DNA of 64,000 nucleotides from a virus (lineage: Duplodnaviria > Caudoviricetes): positions 20,956 to 84,955 of IMG/VR virus record IMGVR_UViG_3300039076_000082; one strand, given 5' to 3'. The notes beneath the pieces are model-generated. The model had not been told where the DNA came from. It made no database searches and saw only the letters and a program-made list of their open reading frames with translations. Of the stretch, positions 37,488 through 47,962 are shown piece by piece; within the stretch, counting starts at the first letter, position 1, and each line of letters begins with the position of its first letter. The translations under genes and the position numbers were made by a program.

Positions 37488-38350
37488 TATTGTTCTCCTC
37501 TTTGTTGAGCTAACATTTCAATAGCTCGTCTTCGTTGTTCGTATGATTTCGTAGGATCTTCTACTATTGATTCGGGACTATTACTTTCAGGACCTAAGTT
37601 ATCTGCATCACCGACTAAAGGTAGACTAGCTTGAGTAGCGGCTGAAACATCACCAGTAGTAGCTAATGTTATTCCACCAGCTATTGCTGGACCTAAAACA
37701 GGTATTCCTTTCATTACTTTTTTAAAATCACCAGAAGCTACTCCTAGAGCGTTCTTCAATGAAGAAGTCATTTTAGAATTAGGATTCAAATGACCATGTT
37801 GCATGATCTCATGTCCAGCCAATGCTCCTAATTTGTTTAGTTGATTTCCTCTAGCGCTAATTCCTTTTTCTTTCATTAAAGCTTCTTTAGCTTTATTCAT
37901 GATATTATCTTTTACAGATTCTCCACCTTCAGCGTTTACCATCTGATGGATAGGTTCGTGAGCGACAAGTCCCTTAGCTACATATAAACCGTTATTTGGG
38001 TCTTTTATATAGTTTTTACTAGCTTCTAATCCTTTTGTATTAGGATTAAAATAACCATAAGCTTTAGGATCTTCAATCAATGACCAATTTGGGTCAGCTA
38101 CATCAGTATATTGTTCCGTAAGTCTATTTAGAGTGTCAATAATTTGCTTGTCATTATCCATTTTAATAGGTATAGAAGTATTTTTGAACATTTCACTACC
38201 TACAAACTGGTCGAGTAAATCTCTAGTTTGTCTTGAGTTATCTAAATTATCAGAACCATACTGAATCAAATCGTCGATATTAGCATCAGGTCCTTCATCT
38301 CTGAGTCTCTTGGCTAATTCTTTAAATAATTGTTCTCTTTTATCTGCCAT
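37487..38350 (-). CDS. hypothetical protein with HExxH motif; C-terminus paralogous to 39005-39520
   Basis: AHEPIHQ; KGIPVLGPAIAGG...TGD. Confidence 0.65.
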   Translation of the reverse strand: MADKREQLFKELAKRLRDEGPDANIDDLIQYGSDNLDNSRQTRDLLDQFVGSEMFKNTSIPIKMDNDKQIIDTLNRLTEQYTDVADPNWSLIEDPKAYGYFNPNTKGLEASKNYIKDPNNGLYVAKGLVAHEPIHQMVNAEGGESVKDNIMNKAKEALMKEKGISARGNQLNKLGALAGHEIMQHGHLNPNSKMTSSLKNALGVASGDFKKVMKGIPVLGPAIAGGITLATTGDVSAATQASLPLVGDADNLGPESNSPESIVEDPTKSYEQRRRAIEMLAQQRGEQ

Positions 38351-38351
38351 T

Positions 38352-39005
38352 TTATGCCTTAACTACTCGAAATAAAGGAAATTCATCTTTTTCTTTGTTA
38401 AAGTAAATTTTTCTCATTTCAAATATAAAATTATCACCATACACCTTTTTCAATCTATTGTCAACATATTTTTTTATTAAATTATTAATAAAAGTATTAG
38501 GTAATGTTCTTAATTCTGTGTTATATATTAACTTAGAGCTAGTATCTTCTTTTCTACCACTTAAAGTTTCTATTAAATTTATAATATAAAATGGTAAAAA
38601 CAAATAAGATAGCTTAGATTCTGCATATTGACCCCAAGCGTAATAGTTTGCTAAATTAAAAGGTAGATAATCTGACCAATGCTCTACTACAGAAGGGTAT
38701 GCGCCAAAATTAGCCTTTAGTTGCTCCCATATTTCAAATCTATGGGTAGTTTTAAGCGCGTAGCTAGATGCTAACATACCAGTAAGTTCATCATTACTTA
38801 CGCTTCTTTTATTATGGTTAGCGGAACGTCTATACATTCCGTTAGGTAGTCTAGCATTTTTCATTTTAAGATTAAAAATCTGTAATGCTTTCCAAGTAGG
38901 TTTATCTGCTATATAATGAGCTAGAAACAATCCACCGTTCTCAGTTCCCGGATCTGCTTCCGTTACTAGTCCAAAAATTTCAGAAAAATATTCAAACTTT
39001 TCCAT
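38352..39005 (-). CDS. hypothetical protein
   Basis: 217-aa ORF in late operon. Confidence 0.75.
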   Translation of the reverse strand: MEKFEYFSEIFGLVTEADPGTENGGLFLAHYIADKPTWKALQIFNLKMKNARLPNGMYRRSANHNKRSVSNDELTGMLASSYALKTTHRFEIWEQLKANFGAYPSVVEHWSDYLPFNLANYYAWGQYAESKLSYLFLPFYIINLIETLSGRKEDTSSKLIYNTELRTLPNTFINNLIKKYVDNRLKKVYGDNFIFEMRKIYFNKEKDEFPLFRVVKA

Positions 39006-39520
39006 TATTTCCTTCTTGATAGAATAATGCGTTCTTCATCAGTTAAAGGTTCACCAGACTCTAATTTTTGCTCAATAGAGCCTACTTGAGGACCAAGAGG
39101 ATTAGCCTCATTCAATAGAGGAGAAGCTTCGTTTAATGAAGCATTAGCGTCACCAGTAGCCATATAAGTAAGTCCACCAGCCAACATAGGTCCTAATAAA
39201 GGAATAGATTTTAAACCTTTTTTACCAATACTCGCAACATCTTCAGCACCTTTAGCTAATTTAGAAGCATTTCTAGCATTTAAGATAGATTGTATCTTAT
39301 CTTTAAAAGCATTTCCTGTAATTGTTTTCATGGGAGTTTTAGTATCAATAACATCAGTTGCATTACCGATAACCTTTTTAGCTTCAGGTACTAATTTCTC
39401 ACCCTTAGCTAACATATTCTCGCCTTCTAACGGAGAAACATAGCCTCCAGCTTTCACTGGAGACTGTTTCAATTCGTTCATCTTTCTTCTAAATTCTAAA
39501 ACTCTGTCAATAGAGTCCAT
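39005..39520 (-). CDS. hypothetical protein; C-terminus paralogous to 37487-38350
   Basis: KSIPLLGPMLAGG...TGD. Confidence 0.7.
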   Translation of the reverse strand: MDSIDRVLEFRRKMNELKQSPVKAGGYVSPLEGENMLAKGEKLVPEAKKVIGNATDVIDTKTPMKTITGNAFKDKIQSILNARNASKLAKGAEDVASIGKKGLKSIPLLGPMLAGGLTYMATGDANASLNEASPLLNEANPLGPQVGSIEQKLESGEPLTDEERIILSRRK

Positions 39521-39529
39521 AAATACCTC

Positions 39530-41455
39530 TTACAATAAGAATTTCTTAACGTCAGCTCTCATTGTAGCACCTTCTGTACTACTTGTATAGTTAAGAATCA
39601 TATTACCGCCTGAAATAATAGCATCAAAGCTGATGTGGAGGTTTGTACTTGATCCATGAGACTCTTGAATAAATGCATTAGTTCCGTCTGTAATTAGACG
39701 AATTGTACCAATACGAGTAGCGTTACTTGCATTTTTCATCTTATATGTAATTTCTACTGCATCGTAAGTAGCAATAGGGAAAGTAAAACTTGCAATAGAA
39801 GCGTTAGTTTGACTTGCGGCTAAAGCTACTGCGTGAACATATTCTTCTTCGACAAAGTTAGACTTAGAGGCTTGTTTAGCACGTTTAACCGATACTTGAC
39901 CAGCTAGAACTACATCTGAAGTAGACGACTCTATAGCATTAGCTAATACGTCTAAGTTACCACCTAATTCTGGAGTAGTATCTTCAACTACGTTCTTCAA
40001 GAAACCTTGTGAGTTAACATAAGTTTTAATTGAAGAAACTGAAGGAGCTTGATCTGTTTCATTTCCAGCAGTACTATTAACTACAGCGGCAGTTCTAGCT
40101 CTAGAATCTGTATAATAAAGATTTGAGCCTTCTGGAATATCACTAGTAGTTAAAGATTTAGCAATAAATTCACCACCAGCATCGTAAGCAAGAACTTGCC
40201 CATTTGTACCAGCAGGTAACTCATCTTGTTTTAAATCAAGTTGTGATTTATTAACTGCATCTGTAGAAGCAGTACCAACAGCAAGATTGGTAATTTTCTT
40301 ACTAGAAACGTCAACGCTTGTCGCTGGATTTAATGTAATAGCTCCAGAAGAAACAGAAATACTAGTAGGAACAGAAGAAGCAATACTTCCACTAGAAAAT
40401 ACTGTATTACCAGTAGTTAAAGATACTGCATTAACAATATCATTACCACCTAAATCCAAATCTCCTGTCATTGCAACAGAACCGTCTTTTTTCAAATAAT
40501 CAGCCAATTGAGCTTCAACAGCCGCTACTTCAGCATCTACATAAGTAATATCAGCTTTTAAATCTAGAGCCGCTTGTGTAGCTGTGGAAATAGGTTTATC
40601 TGCATCGGAAGTATTGTCTACTTGGTCTAGTCCAATATCAGCTTTAGTTAATACTACTACTCCAGTATATCCGTTTACAGACATTACTATGTTAGAGTTA
40701 GTAGATTTTTGCCAAATAGATCCGTTATAAACTACCCAATCCCCTACAGCAAAAGTAATCGCTCCAGAACCTAAGTTTTGAGTTCCAGCAACACTTACTA
40801 GATATACCATACCAGCATCACCAACACCATCCGCTAGAGTTGGAGAGTTTGTACTAGCGTCCCAAGTTCCTTCGTAAGTCATAACTGCTGAAGGTAGTTG
40901 GTTTACTGGAATTTTACCTGCACCGTCAAGAGTTGCAACACCATTTGGAGCAGCTTTTTGTGTTAAAGGGATAAGTAAAGCGTCAGCCGCTTGTCTATCT
41001 GAAATTTCTTGGTCTAAAGCGGTTTGATCTGCTTTATCTGCTAATAGTAAGTCAGTCTCAGTTTTTGTATAGTAATCAGTTAGGTCAATTGTAGCAATTT
41101 CAGCAGCAACATAATCCTTAACAGATTGTACTGATGGAGCTTGGTCAATTTGACTACCTGCCATTGAATTTACTACTACTGCATTTCTAGCTCTAGTGAC
41201 AGTAAAGTATTGGTTAGTCGCACCTTCTTCAATATCATCAGTTGTAAGAGTTGCGATGATATTATCAATTTCAGCTTTAGTATAGTAATTAGCTAATTCT
41301 GATAAATTAACTTTTACTTCCCAAACATCATTCTCTCTAAAATAAATGACGCTGTCAGTAGAATTATAGTACATTGTACCATTTTCTGGACTTGACGGTG
41401 CTGAAGGTAAACTACCTAATGTTAATGCCTGATCTAATTTTTGCGTAATTTTCAT
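39530..41455 (-). CDS. tail/head fibre protein
   Basis: YYTK.E.D.L repeats, GVATLDG.GK, LTT.DI.EG.N.Y.T repeats, SVNGYTG.V.L. Confidence 0.75.
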   Translation of the reverse strand: MKITQKLDQALTLGSLPSAPSSPENGTMYYNSTDSVIYFRENDVWEVKVNLSELANYYTKAEIDNIIATLTTDDIEEGATNQYFTVTRARNAVVVNSMAGSQIDQAPSVQSVKDYVAAEIATIDLTDYYTKTETDLLLADKADQTALDQEISDRQAADALLIPLTQKAAPNGVATLDGAGKIPVNQLPSAVMTYEGTWDASTNSPTLADGVGDAGMVYLVSVAGTQNLGSGAITFAVGDWVVYNGSIWQKSTNSNIVMSVNGYTGVVVLTKADIGLDQVDNTSDADKPISTATQAALDLKADITYVDAEVAAVEAQLADYLKKDGSVAMTGDLDLGGNDIVNAVSLTTGNTVFSSGSIASSVPTSISVSSGAITLNPATSVDVSSKKITNLAVGTASTDAVNKSQLDLKQDELPAGTNGQVLAYDAGGEFIAKSLTTSDIPEGSNLYYTDSRARTAAVVNSTAGNETDQAPSVSSIKTYVNSQGFLKNVVEDTTPELGGNLDVLANAIESSTSDVVLAGQVSVKRAKQASKSNFVEEEYVHAVALAASQTNASIASFTFPIATYDAVEITYKMKNASNATRIGTIRLITDGTNAFIQESHGSSTNLHISFDAIISGGNMILNYTSSTEGATMRADVKKFLL

Positions 41456-41476
41456 TTTCTATTTTCCTCGTTGTTG

Positions 41477-42073
41477 TTATAACCATCTTTCGACGGAGTA
41501 TTTAAAAATTCCTGACTGTCCTGTATCATTGCTAGTATATTCTAAGTAAACATTTCCCGGAGCTAATCTTACATCAATTTTAACTTCTAGATGAGATATG
41601 CCCTGTGTTCCATTTCCAGTATCTCCTGAAAATTCAAAACATCTTGCTACTGAGTTATTATGTGTAATAAATATTTTACCAATTCTAACTTCTCCACCTC
41701 TTTCAAGAGAGTAAGTTACTTCAAAAAATTTATAAGTAGAATCAAATACTGCTAAATTAGAAGGAGTCGTTTGACCGTTTGCTACATTTATAGGGGTCAT
41801 TAGACCACTTCGTACTTGATTACCTACTTTAAGTTCATTGGTTGCTGGATTCCAAGTAAACTCAGCAAATCCATTAAATAAATTACCAGTTCTTCTTACT
41901 TGAACAGAGTTTATTGGTCCACCGGGTTCACCAGTTCCACCAGTTCCACCACCACCTTCTAGATACCATTCCAACATATCTAAAACTAATGTTGAAGATT
42001 CTCTATTAGGTATTGCTGATCTAATGTAAGCTTCTACCGTATTATCTATATTCTCGTATGCCATTTTATGCAC
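41477..42073 (-). CDS. virion structural protein (fibre-associated)
   Basis: Gly-rich linker then beta-rich domain resembling the C-terminus of 39530-41455. Confidence 0.55.
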   Translation of the reverse strand: MHKMAYENIDNTVEAYIRSAIPNRESSTLVLDMLEWYLEGGGGTGGTGEPGGPINSVQVRRTGNLFNGFAEFTWNPATNELKVGNQVRSGLMTPINVANGQTTPSNLAVFDSTYKFFEVTYSLERGGEVRIGKIFITHNNSVARCFEFSGDTGNGTQGISHLEVKIDVRLAPGNVYLEYTSNDTGQSGIFKYSVERWL

Positions 42074-42677
42074 TAACTCCTGTTATTTTTAAGTAAACAA
42101 TAACTGGTAAGTTATTGTCAATATTTCGATTTTTTATTGCTATTATTATTTGATCTTCAACAACGCTATCTATATAGACTGTAGGAATTTGCTCAAAATC
42201 TTTGTTAATTTTTCTAACACTTACTTGTATATCGCAATTCTCCAAATTTTCAAATAAACTAATGCAATGTTCATGACCACTTCTGGTAATATTAAAAGTA
42301 CAACATGATGAACTTGTATTAATTTTACAACTATAAGTTCTTATATTAGTAGAAGGTATTATCTCTTTGTTATCAATCGAGCTGACATAGCTAATAGGAC
42401 CAAATACACAATCGCATAAATTATTTTTTCTCTCTTGTTCATAAGAATCTTGTTCTATTGTACACATTTCTAAATATTGGTCATATTCGCTTTGTGTAAC
42501 TACTTTCCAACCGTTTGCAATATACTCTTGTACCTGTTCATCCTGTATCTCTTCCATTTGCCAAGGAGTTAAACTTAGCACAGTAGAAGTATTTGCTGGA
42601 TTACTAGAATAAGGCTTAAATGCTATCATCATAACTAATCCATTAGCTCCAGAATACCAATAGAGCCTATTCTGCAA
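42066..42677 (-). CDS. hypothetical protein
   Basis: 203 aa within fibre cluster. Confidence 0.65.
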   Translation of the reverse strand: MQNRLYWYSGANGLVMMIAFKPYSSNPANTSTVLSLTPWQMEEIQDEQVQEYIANGWKVVTQSEYDQYLEMCTIEQDSYEQERKNNLCDCVFGPISYVSSIDNKEIIPSTNIRTYSCKINTSSSCCTFNITRSGHEHCISLFENLENCDIQVSVRKINKDFEQIPTVYIDSVVEDQIIIAIKNRNIDNNLPVIVYLKITGVSA

Positions 42678-43462
42678 GATACCTGAGAACCATTAATCTC
42701 CGACCTAAACTGAGGGAAGAAATTTCCTGATACTGTAGGCTTTACTACTCCCGATATAATAGCAACATAAGTTGTATTTATCGCTTGTACTCCAGTTCCT
42801 ATTACTAAATCTCCCGAAGAAGTAACCTGACCTTGAATAGCTCCAGCAGCTCCGTCATTACCTACCGGAATATCAACGCTAGCGCTTATTAAACCAGCAG
42901 GACAAGATAATGTTAACGCTATACCAGTATTAGCCGAAGCATTAGACTGAAATAGTATTTTATATTCAAAAGAGTAAGTTTTATTTGCTTGTAAAACAAA
43001 GTTTAATTCGTTTATATTAGACAATGTAGCGTTTGAATTGTTAGTTAATAATGCAGTAGTAACGCGTTTTAGTCTAAGTGAATCAACATACTCTTTTAAA
43101 ACTCTCCCTTGATTAGCCGATAATACTTTAGTAGTACCATCGGTTGAAGTTAAGTTATCTACAATATCAGAAAAGTTAACTTTAAGAATGGATAAAGCTG
43201 AGATACTAGAAATATTATTTAAAATTTTAGTATTCAGTTTATTTAAAGTATCACCGTCTACTGGAACAGAATCTTTTAAAGCGTTTATTGCATCTGTCAA
43301 TAAATCGTTATAATTTTCCCAAACGGTAGTTAAGCTATTGTAAAACTTTAACTTATTATCAGTACTGTCTAAACCTATATATCCACTACTCGGACTAACC
43401 ACACTAGCTAAATTTTTAGACTCTACAGCTATTGGTCCAGTAATATTAGATACAGATTTCAT
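42635..43462 (-). CDS. short fibre protein with phage tail repeat
   Basis: DIVDNLTS...VLSANQGRVLK repeat; DTLNKL. Confidence 0.7.
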   Translation of the reverse strand: MKSVSNITGPIAVESKNLASVVSPSSGYIGLDSTDNKLKFYNSLTTVWENYNDLLTDAINALKDSVPVDGDTLNKLNTKILNNISSISALSILKVNFSDIVDNLTSTDGTTKVLSANQGRVLKEYVDSLRLKRVTTALLTNNSNATLSNINELNFVLQANKTYSFEYKILFQSNASANTGIALTLSCPAGLISASVDIPVGNDGAAGAIQGQVTSSGDLVIGTGVQAINTTYVAIISGVVKPTVSGNFFPQFRSEINGSQVSCRIGSIGILELMD

Positions 43463-43470
43463 CTAAGGCA

Positions 43471-43896
43471 TTACCTAACGATCTTAGCTCTAGCTTCAGC
43501 TCTTAATTGTTTTATTTCAATAGGACAAGGTGTTCCCTCGTCTACCTCTCTCAAAATATACCAATCGGTATCTTTTAAATATTGTTCAGCTTGCTCGTTG
43601 ATTTTTTTTTGTTGTAGCTCATTAGTTACGTCAACAATTTCTACCTCAAATTCTGCTGGAATTTTATATGAGAAATATGCTTGTCCAGCAATTTGTACTT
43701 CTGTTACTGAAATAGCTTTGTCTTTTAGTTCTTGACTTACCGGAGAAGCTTCAGTATCAACTAAGTCTCTTTCCGGCTGACCCCAACAAGTATTAGCAGA
43801 ATTAAGGACTTGTAAAAAGTCCTGTAATCCTTCTTCAGTATCAAATATTGCAGTTTGTTTAACTTCATTATTTTGACTAATTATTAACTTTTTCAT
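43471..43896 (-). CDS. tail fibre assembly chaperone-like protein
   Basis: YLKDTDWYILR...R..AR..I C-terminal motif; directly after main fibre. Confidence 0.6.
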   Translation of the reverse strand: MKKLIISQNNEVKQTAIFDTEEGLQDFLQVLNSANTCWGQPERDLVDTEASPVSQELKDKAISVTEVQIAGQAYFSYKIPAEFEVEIVDVTNELQQKKINEQAEQYLKDTDWYILREVDEGTPCPIEIKQLRAEARAKIVR

Positions 43897-46800
43897 TAGT
43901 AATTCCCCGATCTATTAATTGAAAAATTATTTTCCTGAGATGCACTAGAGAATGACACCCCTGTAGCATCAGTATAAGCTCTTATTTCTACTGTAGTTCC
44001 TGCTAACATTGGATAACACTTTACTGAAACTTTTGGCATTTGATAAGTAGCAGTAGCTCCTGTTGCAATATTCGCAGGTGAATAGATGATATCTACTCCA
44101 TTAATATATATAGCCAACCTTGAAAAAGCATTAGATGCATAAGTTCCGTTTATTCTTACTTGAGATTCTATATCATAACACCCACTTACTGGAATAGTAT
44201 AAACTCCAGAAACATAACCAGCGTGTGAATCCTTTATCTTTGTTCCAAAAGTTACTTTATTATATGAAGCAGTCAAAGTACCAGTCGGAGGAGCACCTGT
44301 GTAAAGAGCACTAACACTCTCACTAGCCATTATTTGTGATGGACCAGAAATTCTTTCAATTTCAATCGCATTTACACCGCTATCGGCAGCTAAAGTAGCA
44401 GTAGACCCTGACCCATTTCTAAGGTCAATATATTCTCCAGCTTTAAGGAAAATAGTATTAGTTGCCTTAGCAACTACGTTTGTAGTTAATTGTTGAGCAA
44501 ATGCACCACCATTAGGTACACCACTTCCGTTTTTATACAAATATAAGTTATTTGCAGAAGCGGCTGAAGAAGCTACAATTCCGGCACTAACTCTATAATA
44601 TCCCGGTACAGGAGCAGTAAACTTCCAAGCACTTCCGGTAGTTACTGCATTGTGAGTATCTTCTACTTTAATCTCGTAATCGAAAGGCTGTGAAGAAGTA
44701 CTTGTTTTAGCAGAGTTAGTAGCGTATTTAGCAAATACAACTCTAGTATCAGCATCGCTACTCATTACTTGAGACGACGACCATCCTTGAACAGGTAAGG
44801 GAATTATATTAAAAGTTATAGAGTCACCACTAGTTATAACTATAGGAGAGTTTACTTGAACCGATCCGTAACTACCCATTGTAGGAGGGGCATTACCTAA
44901 TCTAAAAAAAGAGGTAACATTTACAGAAGTCGGACCATTATATAAAGTATAGTCTTGGTTTGCGCTGGAATCAACTAGGTAGGCACTATTGTTATAAAAC
45001 CCTCCTACAACTCTAGAATCGTAACTATGTGGCAAAGTAACTTGAAGTGCTCCCCCTACAGGAGTTCCTGTAAATGAAATTCTTCCTTGGTATTCTACCG
45101 AATCTCCAACTCTTCTCTTATATAAGGTTAAAGTAGAATTAGTCCAGTTTACAGAAGCTCCAGAAGTTACTAATTCCCACCCTGTGGTTGCACTTCCATA
45201 TAATTTAGCACTATTAGAAACGATAATGTTATCAAATCTAATACTATAAGCTAGTGCAGAAGTTGATCCAATATGGAAAATTAGTCTATAAGAAGTAGAA
45301 TCAATATTAGATTGAAATTCCATTCCCATATATTCAATAATTGTAGAGTTTTTGATTAAATATGGAGCTGGTTGAATTAATCTACCATTGGTAACATCAT
45401 AAACCCAAACACTCATATCGTTATCAGCAAACGTACCTGACGCTATTTGATAAGAGAATTGAATCTGAAGTACTTTTCCTTTATCTCCATTATCAATTGT
45501 AAAATCATAGCTAAATCCTTGACCTTGACGATTTACAGCGTCCTTAGTCAATAATCCAGAAGCAGTTCCAAATAGTGGAGAAGTAGCAGATCGAGCTAAA
45601 GTAATGTTAGCTGTTCCACCAGTACCGTCTACCGGATTTGTTCCAGCAGTATCCGCATAAGTAGCCCATCCGTTAGCGTTTACTTCAAAGTTACCATTTG
45701 AAATATAGTTAGGAACTCCAGCACCGTCTCCAGAACCAGTTCCTCCAATAATTTGCCACCTAGCAGAAGTAGAATCGTAAGATAATACTAAAGCTGAGTT
45801 GTTTTTAAATGTAATAGTAGCGTTTGTTCCAGTAAAAATTCTATTAGAGGCTGTACCGACTGCTCCTGAACTATCTACAACAGTAACATCGACACCAGTT
45901 CTATTAATTACGATTAATTGCTGCCCATTAGCTCCGGCTGGAATGTTTGCCAACGAAGATAAAGAATTGTTAGTTAAACGAACTACACCTGCTGTAAAGC
46001 TTGCTAAAGAAGCATTAGCTCCAGTAGTTGTTGAGTCAGTTTGAGCTTGAGTTTCTAAGTGTTTTGTAGTTCCTAATACTAGTCCATTTGCTGATACTGT
46101 TAAATCTGAAGAATTTGACATTACCCCAGAAGCATCGTTATGTACTACTGCATTTGCTGTACCAGAAGCTAATTTAGCTCTAGCAATATTAGCACCAACT
46201 TTAATATCCGCATCTTCAATATTAGTTACAGTATTTGTATCTGCATCTAAACTTAATCCTGCTACGACTCCAGTATCGCTTAAAGTAACTGTAGAATTTT
46301 GAATTATTTTTCCAGTTGTACCATCAAACCTAGCAATAGCATTATCAGTAGAAGAAATAGCTCCACTTACATCACCATTTCCTGTCCCTTTAGTATCAAT
46401 TTGAGTCTTGAGATCAGATAACATAGCTTGTACGTCTGTCCCAGTTACGCCAGAAATAGGAGTAGTTGAGATTGCACTAGCATCATGAGCATCGGTTGTA
46501 TCATTAATATGGGCTTGAATATCCCCATCTAATTCATTGATTGCGGATTGAACATTCGTAGAAGAAATAGTACCAGCAGGTACATTTGAAATAGCAGAAG
46601 CATCGTGAGCGTCTGTTGTATTATCAATGTGAGCCGTTAGATTAGATTGAACGGTATTTACATTAGCATCTACTTCATCAATAGCATCTTGAACATTTGT
46701 AGCAGATAACCCTGATACTGCATTATCATAGCTAATTTCAGAAGCTTCGTTTTGAGCTGCGGTTTTATCATCAACATAAGTCTTAACAGCTAAAGCTGAT

Positions 46801-47087
46801 GGAAGCTGAGTATTACTAGCTCCAGCTAATGTAGTTGAAGTATTTAATACGCCAGACTTTAAATTATCTACTTCTAAATTAGAAATAGTGTTATTATCTG
46901 CGTCAACTGATTTATTAGTTACAGTTTGTGTTTGATCTTCAGTTAATACTGATCTATCTGCCCCATCTAAGTAAACATGGAGCTTTTCGTCAGCAGCTTT
47001 AGTAGAAATTGCACCTTTTGTAGCTGTAGAAGATGTTTCTTCTAGCAACACGATCCCTTCTTCATAAACCCATTTTTTTCTTGACAT
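43896..47087 (-). CDS. main tail fibre/receptor-binding protein (1063 aa)
   Basis: NVQ.AI.E and HDASAIS repeats, STDNAIARFDG, QT(V)TNK motifs, C-terminal beta-sandwich domains. Confidence 0.8.
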   Translation of the reverse strand: MSRKKWVYEEGIVLLEETSSTATKGAISTKAADEKLHVYLDGADRSVLTEDQTQTVTNKSVDADNNTISNLEVDNLKSGVLNTSTTLAGASNTQLPSALAVKTYVDDKTAAQNEASEISYDNAVSGLSATNVQDAIDEVDANVNTVQSNLTAHIDNTTDAHDASAISNVPAGTISSTNVQSAINELDGDIQAHINDTTDAHDASAISTTPISGVTGTDVQAMLSDLKTQIDTKGTGNGDVSGAISSTDNAIARFDGTTGKIIQNSTVTLSDTGVVAGLSLDADTNTVTNIEDADIKVGANIARAKLASGTANAVVHNDASGVMSNSSDLTVSANGLVLGTTKHLETQAQTDSTTTGANASLASFTAGVVRLTNNSLSSLANIPAGANGQQLIVINRTGVDVTVVDSSGAVGTASNRIFTGTNATITFKNNSALVLSYDSTSARWQIIGGTGSGDGAGVPNYISNGNFEVNANGWATYADTAGTNPVDGTGGTANITLARSATSPLFGTASGLLTKDAVNRQGQGFSYDFTIDNGDKGKVLQIQFSYQIASGTFADNDMSVWVYDVTNGRLIQPAPYLIKNSTIIEYMGMEFQSNIDSTSYRLIFHIGSTSALAYSIRFDNIIVSNSAKLYGSATTGWELVTSGASVNWTNSTLTLYKRRVGDSVEYQGRISFTGTPVGGALQVTLPHSYDSRVVGGFYNNSAYLVDSSANQDYTLYNGPTSVNVTSFFRLGNAPPTMGSYGSVQVNSPIVITSGDSITFNIIPLPVQGWSSSQVMSSDADTRVVFAKYATNSAKTSTSSQPFDYEIKVEDTHNAVTTGSAWKFTAPVPGYYRVSAGIVASSAASANNLYLYKNGSGVPNGGAFAQQLTTNVVAKATNTIFLKAGEYIDLRNGSGSTATLAADSGVNAIEIERISGPSQIMASESVSALYTGAPPTGTLTASYNKVTFGTKIKDSHAGYVSGVYTIPVSGCYDIESQVRINGTYASNAFSRLAIYINGVDIIYSPANIATGATATYQMPKVSVKCYPMLAGTTVEIRAYTDATGVSFSSASQENNFSINRSGNY

Positions 47088-47101
47088 TATTTATTTTCCT
47101 T

Positions 47102-47581
47102 TTATATTTCTGTTTGGGTAATCGCTTTGCCGTAGTACTTTGCGAATATACTTTCAGTATCGGCAATATCTAATGAAGTATAATAAAATTGACCATCATC
47201 TTGAGCTGTAATTCTTACTCCTGCGTCTCCGACATAAGAAACTGAGTATTCTAGTTTACCCTCAAAAGACGCACTAGCTACTGTAAATTTACATTGCATA
47301 GGTTCAATCATAGAAGCTTCTGTAAAAGTTCGTACAATAACGCCCTCAACGATTGAGCTTTCTACTAATGAAGTATCAAATTTTAATCCGTTAATTGGAG
47401 CTGGAACTGAGACATTGTTTGCTAGATTGGATTCTTTTGTGAGGATATCTTGTGGACCAACTAAGTTGGATAAAGAACTAGTAAGAGCTTCAAGTAAAGC
47501 TGTGGTCTTTTCTCCCCATCTATTTTCTCCATAGACAGGAATTTCATATATAGCATTTCCTATTTGGACTTCTTTACTCAT
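47102..47581 (-). CDS. virion structural protein (hypothetical)
   Basis: 159 aa between head genes and fibres. Confidence 0.65.
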   Translation of the reverse strand: MSKEVQIGNAIYEIPVYGENRWGEKTTALLEALTSSLSNLVGPQDILTKESNLANNVSVPAPINGLKFDTSLVESSIVEGVIVRTFTEASMIEPMQCKFTVASASFEGKLEYSVSYVGDAGVRITAQDDGQFYYTSLDIADTESIFAKYYGKAITQTEI

Positions 47582-47593
47582 TGTAATCTCTAT

Positions 47594-47623
47594 AAAAAAG
47601 GGTAGCGATTAAACTACCCCTTT
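47594..47623 (-). terminator. intrinsic terminator
   Basis: GGGGTAG/CTACCCT hairpin followed by T-run on minus strand. Confidence 0.7.
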
Positions 47624-47657
47624 ATAATTGTTTTTGTTTTTAAATATCTACTAAAGC

Positions 47658-47903
47658 TTATGAAGCTGCCATTAGACCAGCCGCAATTAGCGAGTCGATA
47701 AGAGCGTTTACTTGTGCTTTAGTTTCATTTGCTAGGGTGATAGCTGAAGCTAGATCAGTCGCATCAGGAGATAGAATTTGAGCTACGTTTTCAGCAGGCT
47801 CTAATCCAGCTTCTTCTAACTTAGCGATTACTGCTAGTGCAGCTTCAGGGTTCGCAATAGAACCTTTGATAGCCGATTTAATTGTTTGTGATACTTCTGC
47901 CAT
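47658..47903 (-). CDS. head decoration/head fibre-like protein
   Basis: A..L..E.K..VNALI.SL..AGL C-terminus; immediately after major capsid gene. Confidence 0.6.
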   Translation of the reverse strand: MAEVSQTIKSAIKGSIANPEAALAVIAKLEEAGLEPAENVAQILSPDATDLASAITLANETKAQVNALIDSLIAAGLMAAS

Positions 47904-47925
47904 ATATTATTCCTTTATTTTAAAG

Positions 47926-47954
47926 TAAAAAGCTCCTCTTTTTAGGGAGGAGCT
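47926..47954 (-). terminator. intrinsic terminator after major capsid gene
   Basis: AGCTCCTC/GAGGAGCT 8-bp stem followed by T-run on minus strand. Confidence 0.75.
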
Positions 47955-47962
47955 AATTTAGA

